A stretch of 64,000 nt of DNA from Lytechinus pictus (Eukaryota). The first letter of the stretch is position 1, and the number at the start of each line of letters is the position of its first letter. The position numbers and the translations under genes were made by a program. Under the pieces are notes generated by a model. The model was given only the letters and a program-made list of their open reading frames with translations. It did not search any database and was not told the DNA's origin. Positions 54,701 through 63,825 of this stretch are shown piece by piece. The DNA is taken from assembly GCF_037042905.1 (NCBI RefSeq), contig NC_087251.1, positions 32,056,001-32,120,000 on the forward strand, written 5' to 3'.

Positions 54701-57700
54701 AAGATGGGGGAATATGAGTTTGTAACTTTTTTTTTTATTCTGTTGTAGACATAAAGTCTTATGGTATAATCACTGGTCTGGAGAAAACATATAATCATGG
54801 AAAAATATATTTTAGAATATAATAATAAGGATCTGCACTCTTATTGCCATGCATAAAATGATAAAACAAGCCTATATAATCTTTCATATAATATTGTAAG
54901 GATTTTGCCTTTGTAACCATTGTATTAGGATTATCGTTGTTATTTCCACCAACATTTTTAAGTTTACATTGCTTTTGGTTGACACAAAATCAAGCTTATG
55001 TTATATTATCTCTGTTCATTCAACCTACATGAGTCTTTCCTGTGCGTGAACAGTCTTCCACTACTCATGGAATATTGATCTTGTACTTTATCTAAATTTA
55101 ATCATGTGTTGGAAAGGATTTAGCATTCATTATTTGCAGTGTTTCTGCCCCATTGCTTTAGATGTGATTATGTATTGAGCCACTAAGTGCACTTTCAGAG
55201 TATATTTCTTTTAACACCTTTATATGTTGTAATTTGTTTCAAATAAGTAGGCTGTCATAGATCCGCTGTCATTTTTATAATGAAAGCCTACATCTATTGC
55301 TATATGATAGGCTGTTCATATTTCAAAATTGTTAAATTTAAGTATTTTAACAAACATAGCAAAATTTAATTCTGAAAACACCCAAAAGGTTAACTTCAAG
55401 AAAATGAATTTACATCAGACCAATAATGATGTTATGATGTTTGTCTCATTGACAGAAGTCTTTAATGGCACATATATCGTCAATGACCAACACTCATGGC
55501 TTACGTTTTGCCTCTACACTGGGTATTGATAATTTCATATTCACAGGCTATTAGGATGAATATTTAAATCAAATCTTTTCAAAATACTTAATTTTTCTCC
55601 TCACATATTTCTTCGACTTTGTACATGATTATAGAGCTTAATTGTAGATCTATGCCATATAATTCATTGACCATAGATTTGCAAATTACATGCAAAGACA
55701 ACTCAGATTCTGTGCACAATCTGCAAATTCCTGTGAAGATTTCTTTTATAACTTACAGGAAGATGTAGAGCCATACTATGAGGCATATCGAGAATTTAGT
55801 ACTCAATTAGAGACTTCAGATAAAGTGGTAAGTTTGCCTGTGCTATTTTTGTGTCCTCATTATACAATGGAGATTGTCAGAGTGTGCTTCTTCTAAAACA
55901 GAATTAGGTTATGCAAGACCCGTTTTATCAAATATGCTGGGTTCTCTGTTGCCATGACAAATAATGGCAGTAAATCAAGTTAAAAATTTGCAGAGCAAAC
56001 TACTTCCTCAGTTTTCACCCATTGTTGACAAGACTTGGTATACACACTGGTGTTGAAATGCATATGTGCAGTACGCATATTTTAATGTGTCAGATGATCA
56101 TTAGTTTTTAATTTTGGAAAGCCTTTTATTTGACTCATATCAAGATATGTAAGAAAAGATTTTTCAGAAATCGACTTTGAATGTTAAAGTTATTTTATTG
56201 AGTGAAGGTTAATGTTTGTGTCTATATCAGTGAATAAACAGGGTCAATAATTGTATCTCTTCATTGATACCATACACACTCATAGTTATCAAAAGGAAAT
56301 AGATTTGTACCCATTTTCAGTATACTTTCTTGAACTGGTTTCCCTTAAACCAGTTTAGGAAACCAGGTAAGAAGATTGCTTTGCTAGCCTTCTCATCACC
56401 ATTTCCTGAACTGATTTTCAGAACCACTTCACGTTAAGCGTTCTTGTTGCTATGGGAACACTCTAAGTGGGTTACATGTTTCAGGCAAAATTGGAAACCA
56501 CAGTGTAGGCTTAGTGTGTAGAGTAGCGCGCACAACAGAACAGTTGTGTCCTCACCTACGCATAAACTAGATTAAAGGAGAATGAAATCCTTGAAACCAG
56601 CTGAATCCATATCAAAGAGAAAAATCTAAGAAACATATTGTTGAAAATTTGAGGAAGATTGAATGAATAATAAGAAAGTTATGAGCATTTGAATATTGAG
56701 ATCACTAATGCCATGTAGATCCTCCCATTGGCAATGCGACCAAGATCTGTGATGTCACACACGTACAACTCCCTCATTACTTTAGTACTTATTTCACTTA
56801 TATTCACACTTTTATAGAGTCTATCACAAGGTGAGGTGTTCTCTTTATGAGAGGACAAGTACAGAGGTTTCACAACATTATATCATTGATGAATCATTTT
56901 GTCATATGATTAGAATGAGCAAAAAGAGATGTTTTGGGGTATATTTTCAGTGTCCAAAAGGGGAGAGTTGTTCATCTGTGACATCATAGATCTTGGTCGC
57001 ATTGCCAAAAGGAGGATCTCCATAGCATTAGTGATCTCGACATTCAAATGCTCATAACTCTTCTATTGCTAGTCCTATTTTACTCAAAACTTTTGTTGAT
57101 CTTATTCTTTGATTTTTCTGCTTTCACAAAAGCTAACTTGCTCCAAGAGTTTCATTCTCCTTTAATGAGGAAAGCAGTCTTGAAAACCACATCACCAGAT
57201 GGTTTTCCAAACTTGTTTGGAAGATCGCCTCCAAGACTGCTCCAAGCATTCCCATTACATGTTAAACTAGTTTCCACTATTCACTAAACTAGTTTAGGAC
57301 TGTAATGAGAACAGTGGCTTGGTATGAATAGAAGGGGGAATACCCATGTGTCTGTACAGACAGGTATCTTTGTTTACCTGGGATATTATCCCTTTTCCTG
57401 TGAAAGGAGATTATATAATTATTGCAGAAGAGCAGAATCAATAAATTTGGGTTTCCTCATTCAGTTTTCATAATATTAATGTAAAAGATGAGAATGTCGT
57501 TGGTAAGGATATATTTATTAGTGTTTGGTATTATAAACCCTCATTTCAGAAGTCTACTCTATGCATACGTCTTGTTACCCAAACATGATTTGGATTGTTT
57601 GGCATGACCTTGATACATACATATGCACTCACATCAAAGCCAAAGCTAAAGTTTAGAGCTAAATAACCAGTGATATATATTTGACCAAACTACAATTTGT

Positions 57701-60660
57701 TGAGTGGAATAGATGAGTAAAATAGAATTGATATATTTTTGTAATTTCACAAAACTATCCCAGGGGCCTAAATCGGAGGTAGTTAGCTACTACTTGCATT
57801 TCATGAATTCATCTTTGCCAAGTTCAGGGTCAACAACCTGACTGCATATTTATCATGACGAAAAACTTCCATTTGAGAACACTATACCCCAGTTTCCCTT
57901 CTCATCAATTCTCTCCTCCAAGTACGACAAACCCTAACTGCCCCAAGCAAGCAATTTAAGTATCAAAACACCTGTTTCTTGACGTCGGTCCGAAGATAAC
58001 ACAACAGCCCGGCATATACAGTCACAGCAGGGGGCCACACACGATGGGATGCATGCGCAGCGCTGAGCGCGGTCCCTGCAAAACATGCCGTCATTTTTAT
58101 TCGCTTACTTTCCTTATTTCGAGGTCGATTTTCTTCGTTCGAAATTGAAAATGGACTAACATTGGATTACTGAATACAATATGCCTTTGAAAACGTGATT
58201 AAATATCGAATACAATAATTTCATTCCGAAGGTCCTACTACAGGCAGAGAAGTCTTACGTAATAGCACAGCTGTTGTTTATCTTTTCGTCCTTTGCTCAA
58301 CGCTCATATACTGGCCTGTGGAGGTGAAATTGAGACAGCGGGGATTACCCCTGGATTACCTGGCCAAGCGCGGTTGATAAGGGCTTGGAAATGATTTTTG
58401 GGAGATCCAAATGGAAAATGGGGTATTACACCGCAGTTTGCAATCTGAACTGCGGTCTTTCTCCAAACGGGGGTTTGACGTAATGTGACATCTCCAACCA
58501 TATTTTTTTTTCATAATGACCACCAAATTGTTTGTAGACTCTGACATGCAAGGGGGGCTTGAATTATTGAAAAATCTAATATTATGTAATCAATCATCAA
58601 AGTCAAAATTAACATTACAAATTAAGGGGAATGAAACTTATCAATACTGCTATGCACAAAACCTTTAAAGAGTTTGGTACAAATTTGTTTAAAAATTCCT
58701 TTGAAAACAATATACAGTGCGTCCCACAAAAAACGAAACCGAGATTTATCGATGATTTATCATAACTTAATCACAAATACAATAGACAAATGACCTACCA
58801 TTTTAAAGCTTAGAATCTCCTCTTTCATCTGGTATTACTTAGATAATTCCTCATTCACGCATGAGTGAGCAAAAACAATTTGAAGAAAGGATACCAAAAA
58901 CTCATTTGGCGGGCCGTATCTGGGTTTTAAAAAGAAAACCACATGACTAAAAAGTTCAATATCTGCTCTTTAATTTGATACCTCAATTACAGAAAGTGGT
59001 CAAGAAATAACATATCTGGTTATTTGAAATAAGGCTTGAATTTCAATAATTTCATAAAATGAAGAGGTTTTACAGGCTAGCGTTCAAACTCTCTCGACAT
59101 TCCGTTTTGTTGACGATCAGCCATGCATTAAGTCTTTTGTTACCGTGCGATAGCTTCTGTGGGAAGCCAGTGAAAACACGTTTATTTAATGAAATTATGG
59201 AAATACAAGCATTGTTTCGAGGGATCATAACTTTTTTACTTCTTGACCATTTTCTGTGATTAAGGTATCAAATAAAAGAGCAGATATTGAACTTTTCAGT
59301 CATGTGATTTTCTCTTTGAAATTCAGATACACCCCGCCAAATGAGTTTTTGGTATCCTTTCTTCAAATTGTTTTTGCTCACTCATGCGTGAATGAGGAAT
59401 TATCTAAGTAATATCAGATGAAAGAAGAGATTCTAAGCTTTACATTGGTAGGTCATTTGTCTATTTTATTTATGATTAAGTTATGATAAATCATCGCTAA
59501 ATCTCGGTTTCGTTTTTTCTGGGACGCACTGTATAGAATGATTGAATCAACAAGAAATCTGTCACTTCAGGCCATCCATGAGCAGATACATATTCTTGAG
59601 TTTTAGACCCTTGTCAATATTACAAAATTCTATCTCCACTTTTGTACATGCATACATAATTTGTTAAATCATATGTTTTGATGTTTAAATGGTTAAATCA
59701 TTTTCATTTTCATAATTTGATAATGTTAGGATTGCTTATCAGAGCTTACATAAGTTATTATTTTATTTTGAAAAACCGCTTTAGTTTTACTTTTGTGAAC
59801 TATGAAACTACTCCAGTCTTCATGATTTGGGTAGGTATGATGCACGCTTTGTCTCTGCAATTAAAAGACAAGTCCACCCCAACAAAAAGTTGATTTGAAT
59901 AAAAAGTGAAAAATCCAGCAAGCATAACGCTAAAAATTTCATCAAATTCAGATGTAAAATAAGAAAGTTATGACAGTTTAAAATTTTGATTAATTTCACA
60001 AAACAGTTATATGCACATCCTGGTCGGTATGCAAATGAGACTAATGACACCATCCACTCACTATTTCTTTTGTTTTGTATTATAAGAAATATGAAATATT
60101 CTAATTTTCTCCTCATTGTCAAGTGAAACAATGATCAATACCTCCATGAACATGTGAAATTACAATTGTTTAATACTATATGGTTCAGTCAAGTTGGTCC
60201 TTATTGTCAAATATGTTAGAAATGAAATATTGTATAAAAAACAATAAAATTAAAAAACAAAAGAAATAGTGAGTGAAGGACATCATCAACTGTCTCATTT
60301 GCTTGTCACTGAATTGTGCATATCACTGTTTTGTGAAAAATAAGCAAAACTTGAAAATGTCATAACTTTCTTATTTTCAGCATCATGCTAGTTTAATTTT
60401 TCTCTATTTATTCAAATTAAAAATTTTCTGGGGTGGGCTTGACCTTTAAAGACAAATCTTTAAAATAATTGTAGTTTATCATGTTTTTCTTTATTTGCTG
60501 TATAAAGCAAAAAAAGAAGAAGACAGGTTTTATTGGTTTTGTAATTGGATTGCAGGTGTCATATAGGTTACAGGAAGGTGACTGTGTTATATTCAACAAC
60601 AGAAGAATCCTCCATGGAAGAACACAGTTTCAGCAAAATGGTGGAGTTCGACACTTACGG
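15582..60660 (+). CDS. Gamma-butyrobetaine dioxygenase-like Fe(II)/2OG hydroxylase (BBOX1/TMLHE/TmpA family), 13 coding exons, 3' end outside window
   Basis: Exons: 15582-15764, 16318-16430, 19632-19762, 20643-20788, 21090-21148, 22197-22272, 22875-22919, 27481-27605, 30295-30435, 31916-31979, 54622-54675, 55759-55827, 60556-60660. All introns are GT-AG with matching phases; total 1311 nt open. Motifs: WLRINCHCSAC...H (Zn), NVAYS, FHIDL (HxD), PPGLQLLHC, GGESIFIDAF, GDCVIFNNRRILHGR (distal His and 2OG Arg). Confidence 0.93.
16318..16430 (+). CDS. BBOX-like exon 2 (GPSSAGKLMNPSLVIDQLSSDNDNKILIFTWSDGVVS)
   Basis: Polypyrimidine tract plus cgtAG acceptor; GTAAGA donor; WSDG motif typical of the BBOX N-terminal domain. 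Confidence 0.88.
16494..16784 (+). mobile_element. tRNA-derived SINE
   Basis: A box TGGCCCAGTGG, B box TTCGAATCC, tail GCGCTATATAAAT(ATT)n; related copies near 30.7 kb and 54.4 kb. Confidence 0.8.
16911..17498 (+). mobile_element. Kolobok/T2-type MITE family 2, copy 1
   Basis: TTAA-AGGAGAATGAAAC ... GTTTCATTCTCCT-TTAA. Confidence 0.88.
17577..18478 (-). mobile_element. 5'-truncated L2 LINE
   Basis: ORFs 18153-18449 (KTEIL...NLGVTLD...IGKIRKYL) and 17769-18029 (LRSS...YGDRAFS...LWNRLP...FKSRLKTFLF); 3' tail with (ATTGT)n. Confidence 0.9.
18500..19060 (+). repeat. Tandem core repeats (GATCCCAGGAAGCCTATCGATTTTGAGGTCAAAGGTCA), HINE-like relic
   Basis: At least 5 imperfect units. Confidence 0.7.
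19238..19565 (+). mobile_element. HINE/DINE-like (Helentron-associated) family A, 5' part
   Basis: T-run, then GTCTCACCTGC-GAA-GCAGAGTGAGAC hairpin, (GGC)n and core repeats; same start at 37634, 46040 and 60914. Confidence 0.75.
19632..19762 (+). CDS. BBOX-like exon 3 (YNTSWLRINCHCSACKQPDSGQRLINITDFPAHLTIQTSSYQH)
   Basis: WLRxNCxCxxC zinc motif; attcAG acceptor; GTTCGT donor. Confidence 0.92.
20643..20788 (+). CDS. BBOX-like exon 4 (GESGFIRVKFIEEDDHECIIPVTWLKQHSY...KYLD)
   Basis: catacAG acceptor; GTGAGT donor; probable Zn-ligand His and WL motif. Confidence 0.88.
21090..21148 (+). CDS. BBOX-like exon 5 (STIKSFGWADVTSSESDLFE)
   Basis: ctAG acceptor; GTAAGT donor; supplies the phase 0 to phase 2 bridge needed between exons 4 and 6. 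Confidence 0.8.
22197..22272 (+). CDS. BBOX-like exon 6 (WLDHLNTYGVTILNNVPLNHESVTK)
   Basis: ttacAG acceptor; GTAAGA donor; WL...YG...NVP family motif. Confidence 0.9.
22875..22919 (+). CDS. BBOX-like exon 7 (VANLIGPVTETLYGP)
   Basis: T-tract plus gcacAG acceptor; GTAAGT donor; IG...TxYG motif. Confidence 0.9.
23784..26500 (+). repeat. Satellite-like tandem array with a ~140-150 bp unit
   Basis: GTTGAAATCTCCTAGTATCACATAGTTTGTTTTACAACTGCAA recurs near 23790, 23926, 24069, 25160, 25311, 25458, 25603 and 25741, then degenerates. Confidence 0.88.
24084..25009 (-). mobile_element. Probable solo LTR inserted in the satellite
   Basis: 5-bp TSD CCTAG at 24079-24083 and 25010-25014; minus-strand ends TGTGGCTGCC...GGCAGTTATA. 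Confidence 0.55.
27481..27605 (+). CDS. BBOX-like exon 8 (SFDVRSEDKPINVAYSSVSLGFHIDLAYYESPPGLQLLHCL)
   Basis: Contains the HxD iron-binding motif; ttccAG acceptor; GTAAGT donor. Confidence 0.95.
27866..28788 (+). mobile_element. 5'-truncated L2 LINE with intact ORF2 C-terminus
   Basis: ORF 27865-28620 (KMNEDKTE...VRNLGV...HAFVTTRLD...HITPILRDLHWLPV...WGDRAF...LKTFLF); 3' UTR and (CAT)n tail. Confidence 0.93.
28982..29666 (+). mobile_element. HINE/DINE-like family B
   Basis: 5' TTATACCTCAGCCAAAC-AAA-GTTTG...GGGGTATA, GTCGG-like repeat, ~3 tandem cores, 3' ATCAC-CCTCA-GTGAT hairpin and TTCTAGTT. Confidence 0.65.
30295..30435 (+). CDS. BBOX-like exon 9 (FDNVVTGGESIFIDAFYIAEEFRRKFPHHFDSLTRIPATFQKFHFER)
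   Basis: GGES..D motif of the TauD/BBOX fold; gatAG acceptor; GTATGT donor. Confidence 0.94.
30603..30822 (-). mobile_element. tRNA-derived SINE
   Basis: Reverse strand reads TGTGGCTCAGTGGATGAGTCTCC...GTTCAAAACCC...AAGCGCTATAC. Confidence 0.7.
31208..31462. mobile_element. hAT-type MITE
   Basis: TIRs CAGGGGCGGATCCAGG / CCTGGATTCGCGCCTG; 8-bp TSD AGAATAAC/AGAATAAT. Confidence 0.75.
31916..31979 (+). CDS. BBOX-like exon 10 (ANPAAYIYQRPHINVNHRTGQ)
   Basis: cacAG acceptor; GTATGC donor; RPxI motif; phases fit. Confidence 0.87.
32194..32370. mobile_element. Short palindromic MITE (Harbinger-like)
   Basis: TGTTTCATGAAAGTTGTC / GACAACTTTCATGAAACA inverted ends. Confidence 0.65.
32437..32861. mobile_element. 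Almost fully palindromic MITE (PIF/Harbinger-like)
   Basis: GGCCCAAATTCACAAAGGTGG ... CCACCTTTGTGAATTCGGGCC; 3-bp TSD AAT. Confidence 0.82.
33214..33427. mobile_element. MITE (Harbinger-like)
   Basis: Perfect 25-bp inverted repeat CCTGTCACATCGTTCCATGCAAGCC; TAA/TGA flanks. Confidence 0.75.
35169..35753. mobile_element. Kolobok/T2-type MITE family 1, copy 2
   Basis: TTAA-AGGTCAAGTCCACC ... GGTGGACTTGACCC-TTAA. Confidence 0.87.
37634..39847 (+). mobile_element. Composite HINE-like element: family A 5' part (37634-37980) joined to a different tandem-core family ending in a 3' hairpin
   Basis: Cores CCATCTGGTAGAGCTTCATGAGGTTCACCAAACTT repeated; 3' end CACATC-ATT-GATGTG-CTAGTT. Confidence 0.65.
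38483..39068. mobile_element. Kolobok/T2-type MITE family 1, copy 3 (nested)
   Basis: TGAA/TTAA flanks; the empty site GCATATTTTTAAAAATTCACATAAAATGC is visible in a sister repeat unit near 38154. Confidence 0.88.
40135..40714. mobile_element. Kolobok/T2-type MITE family 2, divergent copy
   Basis: TTAA-AGGCAAATGAAACC ... GGTTTAATTTTCCT-TTAA; internal similarity to 16911-17498. Confidence 0.78.
44088..45892. mobile_element. Non-autonomous Tc1/mariner-type element with long TIRs
   Basis: TA-CAGTGCGTCCCAAAAAAAACTATAC ... GTATAGTTTTTTTTGGGACGCACTG-TA; TIR over 200 bp; empty site in duplication copy A (~42361). Confidence 0.9.
46040..47228 (+). mobile_element. HINE/DINE-like family A, complete copy with ~7 tandem cores
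   Basis: 5' GTCTCGTCTGC hairpin; 3' GCAGGCGAGAC subterminal IR, GCC-AGA-GGC hairpin and CCACTTGT; inserted in a T-run. Confidence 0.82.
47540..47698 (-). mobile_element. tRNA-derived SINE (short)
   Basis: Reverse strand reads ACCGGGCATGGTGGCTCAGTGGTAGAGTG...GGTTCAATCC...GTCATACCAAAGAC. Confidence 0.72.
48242..48398. mobile_element. Palindromic MITE with CAG TSD
   Basis: CCGTTTCATAAAAGACTTGCAACTGTTGTAACTTTGCC and its inverse; CAG on both sides. Confidence 0.75.
48740..48942 (+). repeat. 18-bp minisatellite (TTATTACATTTGTGGGAG)n, about 11 units
   Basis: Direct inspection. Confidence 0.93.
52975..53566. mobile_element. Kolobok/T2-type MITE family 1, copy 4
   Basis: TTAA-AGGACAAGTCCACCCC ... 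GGGGTGGACTTGACCT-TTGA. Confidence 0.87.
54314..54555 (+). mobile_element. tRNA-derived SINE
   Basis: TGTGGCTCAGTGGATAAGTCTCCAGACTTTGAAAC head, same family as 16494; GCGCTATA tail. Confidence 0.72.
54622..54675 (+). CDS. BBOX-like exon 11 (ITAVTWSPPFEGPLFVPE)
   Basis: ttacAG acceptor; GTAAAT donor; phase 0/0; fits the expected position in the fold. Confidence 0.87.
55759..55827 (+). CDS. BBOX-like exon 12 (EDVEPYYEAYREFSTQLETSDKV)
   Basis: ttacAG acceptor; GTAAGT donor; V..YY.A...F helix of the BBOX family. Confidence 0.9.
56576..57161 (-). mobile_element. Kolobok/T2-type MITE family 2, inverted near-identical copy of 16911-17498
   Basis: TTAA TSDs; the spurious ORFs 17201(+) and 56679(-) differ at only 3 of 64 residues. 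Confidence 0.9.
58715..59531. mobile_element. Tc1/mariner-type fold-back MITE
   Basis: TA-CAGTGCGTCCCACAAAAAACGAAACCGAG ... CTCGGTTTCGTTTTTTCTGGGACGCACTG-TA; arms over 300 bp. Confidence 0.9.
59865..60445. mobile_element. Kolobok/T2-type MITE family 1, copy 5
   Basis: TTAA-AAGACAAGTCCACCCC ... GGGGTGGGCTTGACCT-TTAA. Confidence 0.85.
60556..60660 (+). CDS. BBOX-like exon 13 (VSYRLQEGDCVIFNNRRILHGRTQFQQNGGVRHLR)
   Basis: Distal iron-binding His in LHGR; tgcAG acceptor; GTAAGG donor. Confidence 0.95.
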
Positions 60661-62131
60661 GTAAGGGACATGAAAAAAATGAATCTTTAAAGATGGGGTT
60701 CATGAGTAACCCAAGTACAGCAAACTCTATCAAGTTGAGTATCATTACACAACTTTCAAATCATAATGTACTTTATATAGGTAGCAGTTTATTTTGGGAA
60801 ATCGCCACTTACCGGTATCTTTTATGACATCTTTCAGTAAATAAAAAGTGCCTTTTTTATCGTATTGGGATGGTAAATTTTGTATATTTTTATTCATCAA
60901 AGTCATCATTTTTGTCTCACCTGCATAGCAGAGTGAGACTATAGGCGCCGCTTTTCCGACAGCGGCGGCGTCAACACCAAATCTTAAACCGAAGGTTAAG
61001 TTTTTGAAATGACAGCATAACTTAGAAAGTATATGGACCTAGTTAATGAAACTTGGCCATAAGGTTAATCAAGTATTACTGAACATCCTGCCTGAGTTTT
61101 AGGTCACATGACCAAGGTCAAAGGTCATTTAGGGTCAATGAACTTTGGCCAAATTGGGGGTATCTGTTGAATTACCATCATAACTTTGAAAGTTTATGGA
61201 TCTGATTCATGAAACTTAGACATAAGAGTAATTAAGTATCACTGAACATCCTGTGCAAGTTTCAGGTCACATGATTAAGGTCAAAGGTCATTTAGGGCCA
61301 ATGAACTTTGGCCAAATTTGGGGTATTTGTTGAATTACCATCATAACTTTGAAAGTTTTTTGGTCTAGTTCATAAAACTGGGACATAAGAGTAATCAAGT
61401 ATCACTGAACATCCTGTGCGCATTTCAGGTCACATGACCAAGGTCAGAGGTCAATGAACTTTGACCATAATGGGGGTATTTGTTGAATTACCATCATAAC
61501 TTTGAAAGTTTATGGATCGGATTCATGAAACTTAAACATAAGAATAATCAAGTATCTTTTAACATCCCGTCCGAGTTTCAGGTCACATGACCAAGGTCAA
61601 AGGTTATTTAAGGTCAACGAACTTTGGCCATGTTGGGGGTAATTGTTGAATTACCATCATATCTCTGTAAGTGTATTGGTCTAGTACATACAACGTAGAC
61701 ATAAGAGGAACCAAGTATCACTTAACATCTTGTGCGAGTTTCAGGTCACATGACCAAGGTCAAAGGTCAATGAACTTTGGCCGTGTTGGGGGTATTTGTT
61801 GAATTACCATCATAACTCTGTAAGTACATTTGTCTAGTTCATAAAACTTGGACATAAGATTCATCAAGTATCACTGAACATCTCATGCGAGTTTCAGGTC
61901 ACATGACCGAAGTCAAAGGTCATTTAAGGTCATTGAACTTCGGCCATTTTAGAGGTAATTATTAGATTGCTGTCATAACTTTCAAAGTTTAAAGATATAG
62001 TGTATGAAATGTGGATATAGGGGTAATCAAGTATCACTGACAAGTTTTAGGTCACATGATCTGATGATCAAGGTCAAATGTCAATGAACGTAGTATTGTA
62101 TCATATGAATGGTGTTTTTTGTGAATAATTA

Positions 62132-63825
62132 TTAGGTGATCTGTCAATCGACAGATCAACTCTTGATTTCGTACGAATTTTCTTTTTTATTTATTTATTA
62201 TTTCTTATTTATTTTTATTTTCCGCCCTTTTCTTGTTAGCACAGAATCTCCAAATCTACACCATCAATTATCTTCAAAATATCATCAGATATGAGGACTT
62301 ATCATGTGATGTGTATAAAACAAGTTCAAGGTCAAAAGGTCATCATGACGTCATCTAGACGCCATTTTGTAAAATCATGTTATCAATCATATCTTCATTA
62401 TCAATTATCAAAAGTTAACAATATTTACATCACATTAACTTCAGGTCAAGGGTCAACTGTCTATGTCATCAAAGGTCATGTAAAGGTCACGAAGTGCGCG
62501 TACGCGCGCGTCAAAATTTTAAAATGCTCAAAATCACTTTTTGACCAAAGTAGAGTACGAATCAGGTCATTTTAAGCATTTCAAAAAATTGCGCACGTTC
62601 TCGCGCGTAACGGCACTATGCAACATAGGATCGCCATTTTTTTTCATATCAATGCACCGATAATATAATTCTGAACAATTTGATACCTTGATCAACCTTC
62701 TACGACAAGTAATAACGGAATTAGCCTCCATCAAAGTTTACAGCACGCGCGCGCGCGCACACTAACCATTGACAATATATGTGCAAAAACATGCCTATAC
62801 AAAACTCATTATAGCTCTTCAGATTGTCCGTTGACCCCCAATTTTTTTTTCATATTCGAATAGAGTATGGATGGGAGATATGATTTCATGTCACATTTGA
62901 CCCGAAATTTTATCATGACGTCATATAAATGGCGTCGGAACTCAAAATTCCCATTTTGCTACTTATGACGTCATCATAAATATGCAAATTTGACTCTTAA
63001 CTCAATAAATATTGGTCAATTTTCGCTCATTTTTTCTTTATGTTGTAGCTGAGGACATACTCTTTCTAATGTCATGGCTATATTCACATTTAAAGGAATG
63101 GATCATCCTGAAAAATGGCAAGTTATAGAGGCATGCTCATTTTGTGTGCAATCTCTATGGGAAATGACTTTTTCTCAAAACTGGATTTTACATTCTTCTA
63201 TTTCGCGAGCTATATCTCCATTTCTTTGTGTTGGTTTTCTTTGAGCTTGGAGTATGTTATAGCTGAGATTGTAAGCTATCGGAAGTGTGGTCTCTATTTT
63301 CCGATCAGATGCCGGGATCATGCCCGTATTTCACTTGCAAAATTGGATTTGAGATCCTCTCAATTTGCTATGTGTAAAGTCTATGGGAAATAGTGCTTAT
63401 GTGTATTAGTCTATGGGAAATAGTGTAGCTCAATGGGTAAGGCATGAGACTTGCAATCCTATGGTCGAGGGTTGGAACCTCGGGGTGAACATTTTTTTTT
63501 TTTTTTTTTTTTTCTTTTCAACATTTCACAAATGGTCCTTCATGACCATTACAAGGTATATAAGTTAAAACATTGCACAATAAAATAGTTAAAAAAATCC
63601 TTTTAATATAACATGTACATGTACCATGTGTATCATTTACACCTATTTTCCAAAGTTTCTAATTTCTTTCTTTTCAAGAGTATTCAACACGTTCTTTTTG
63701 TAATAGAAGTTCAGTTTTCAATATGATGATCATATTGATGTCAATAAACATGCTGATTGTCTTCCTGATCATGAAATCAGAGACAGATCACCTAATTCGT
63801 CCTCATGACGAATTAAAATTCTAGT
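62132..63825 (+). mobile_element. Nested HINE/Helentron-like element, family C
   Basis: 5' TTAGGTGATCTGTC-AATC-GACAGATCA; 3' GACAGATCACCTAA, AATTCGTC/GACGAATT hairpin and CTAGT; host sequence resumes afterwards. Confidence 0.78.
63422..63512 (+). pseudogene. tRNA-like (Ala-TGC-like) relic followed by an oligo-T run
   Basis: GTGTAGCTCAATGGGTAAGGCA (A box), CTTGCAA loop, GGTTGGAACC (B-box-like); stems pair poorly; T-run of about 20. Confidence 0.45.
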
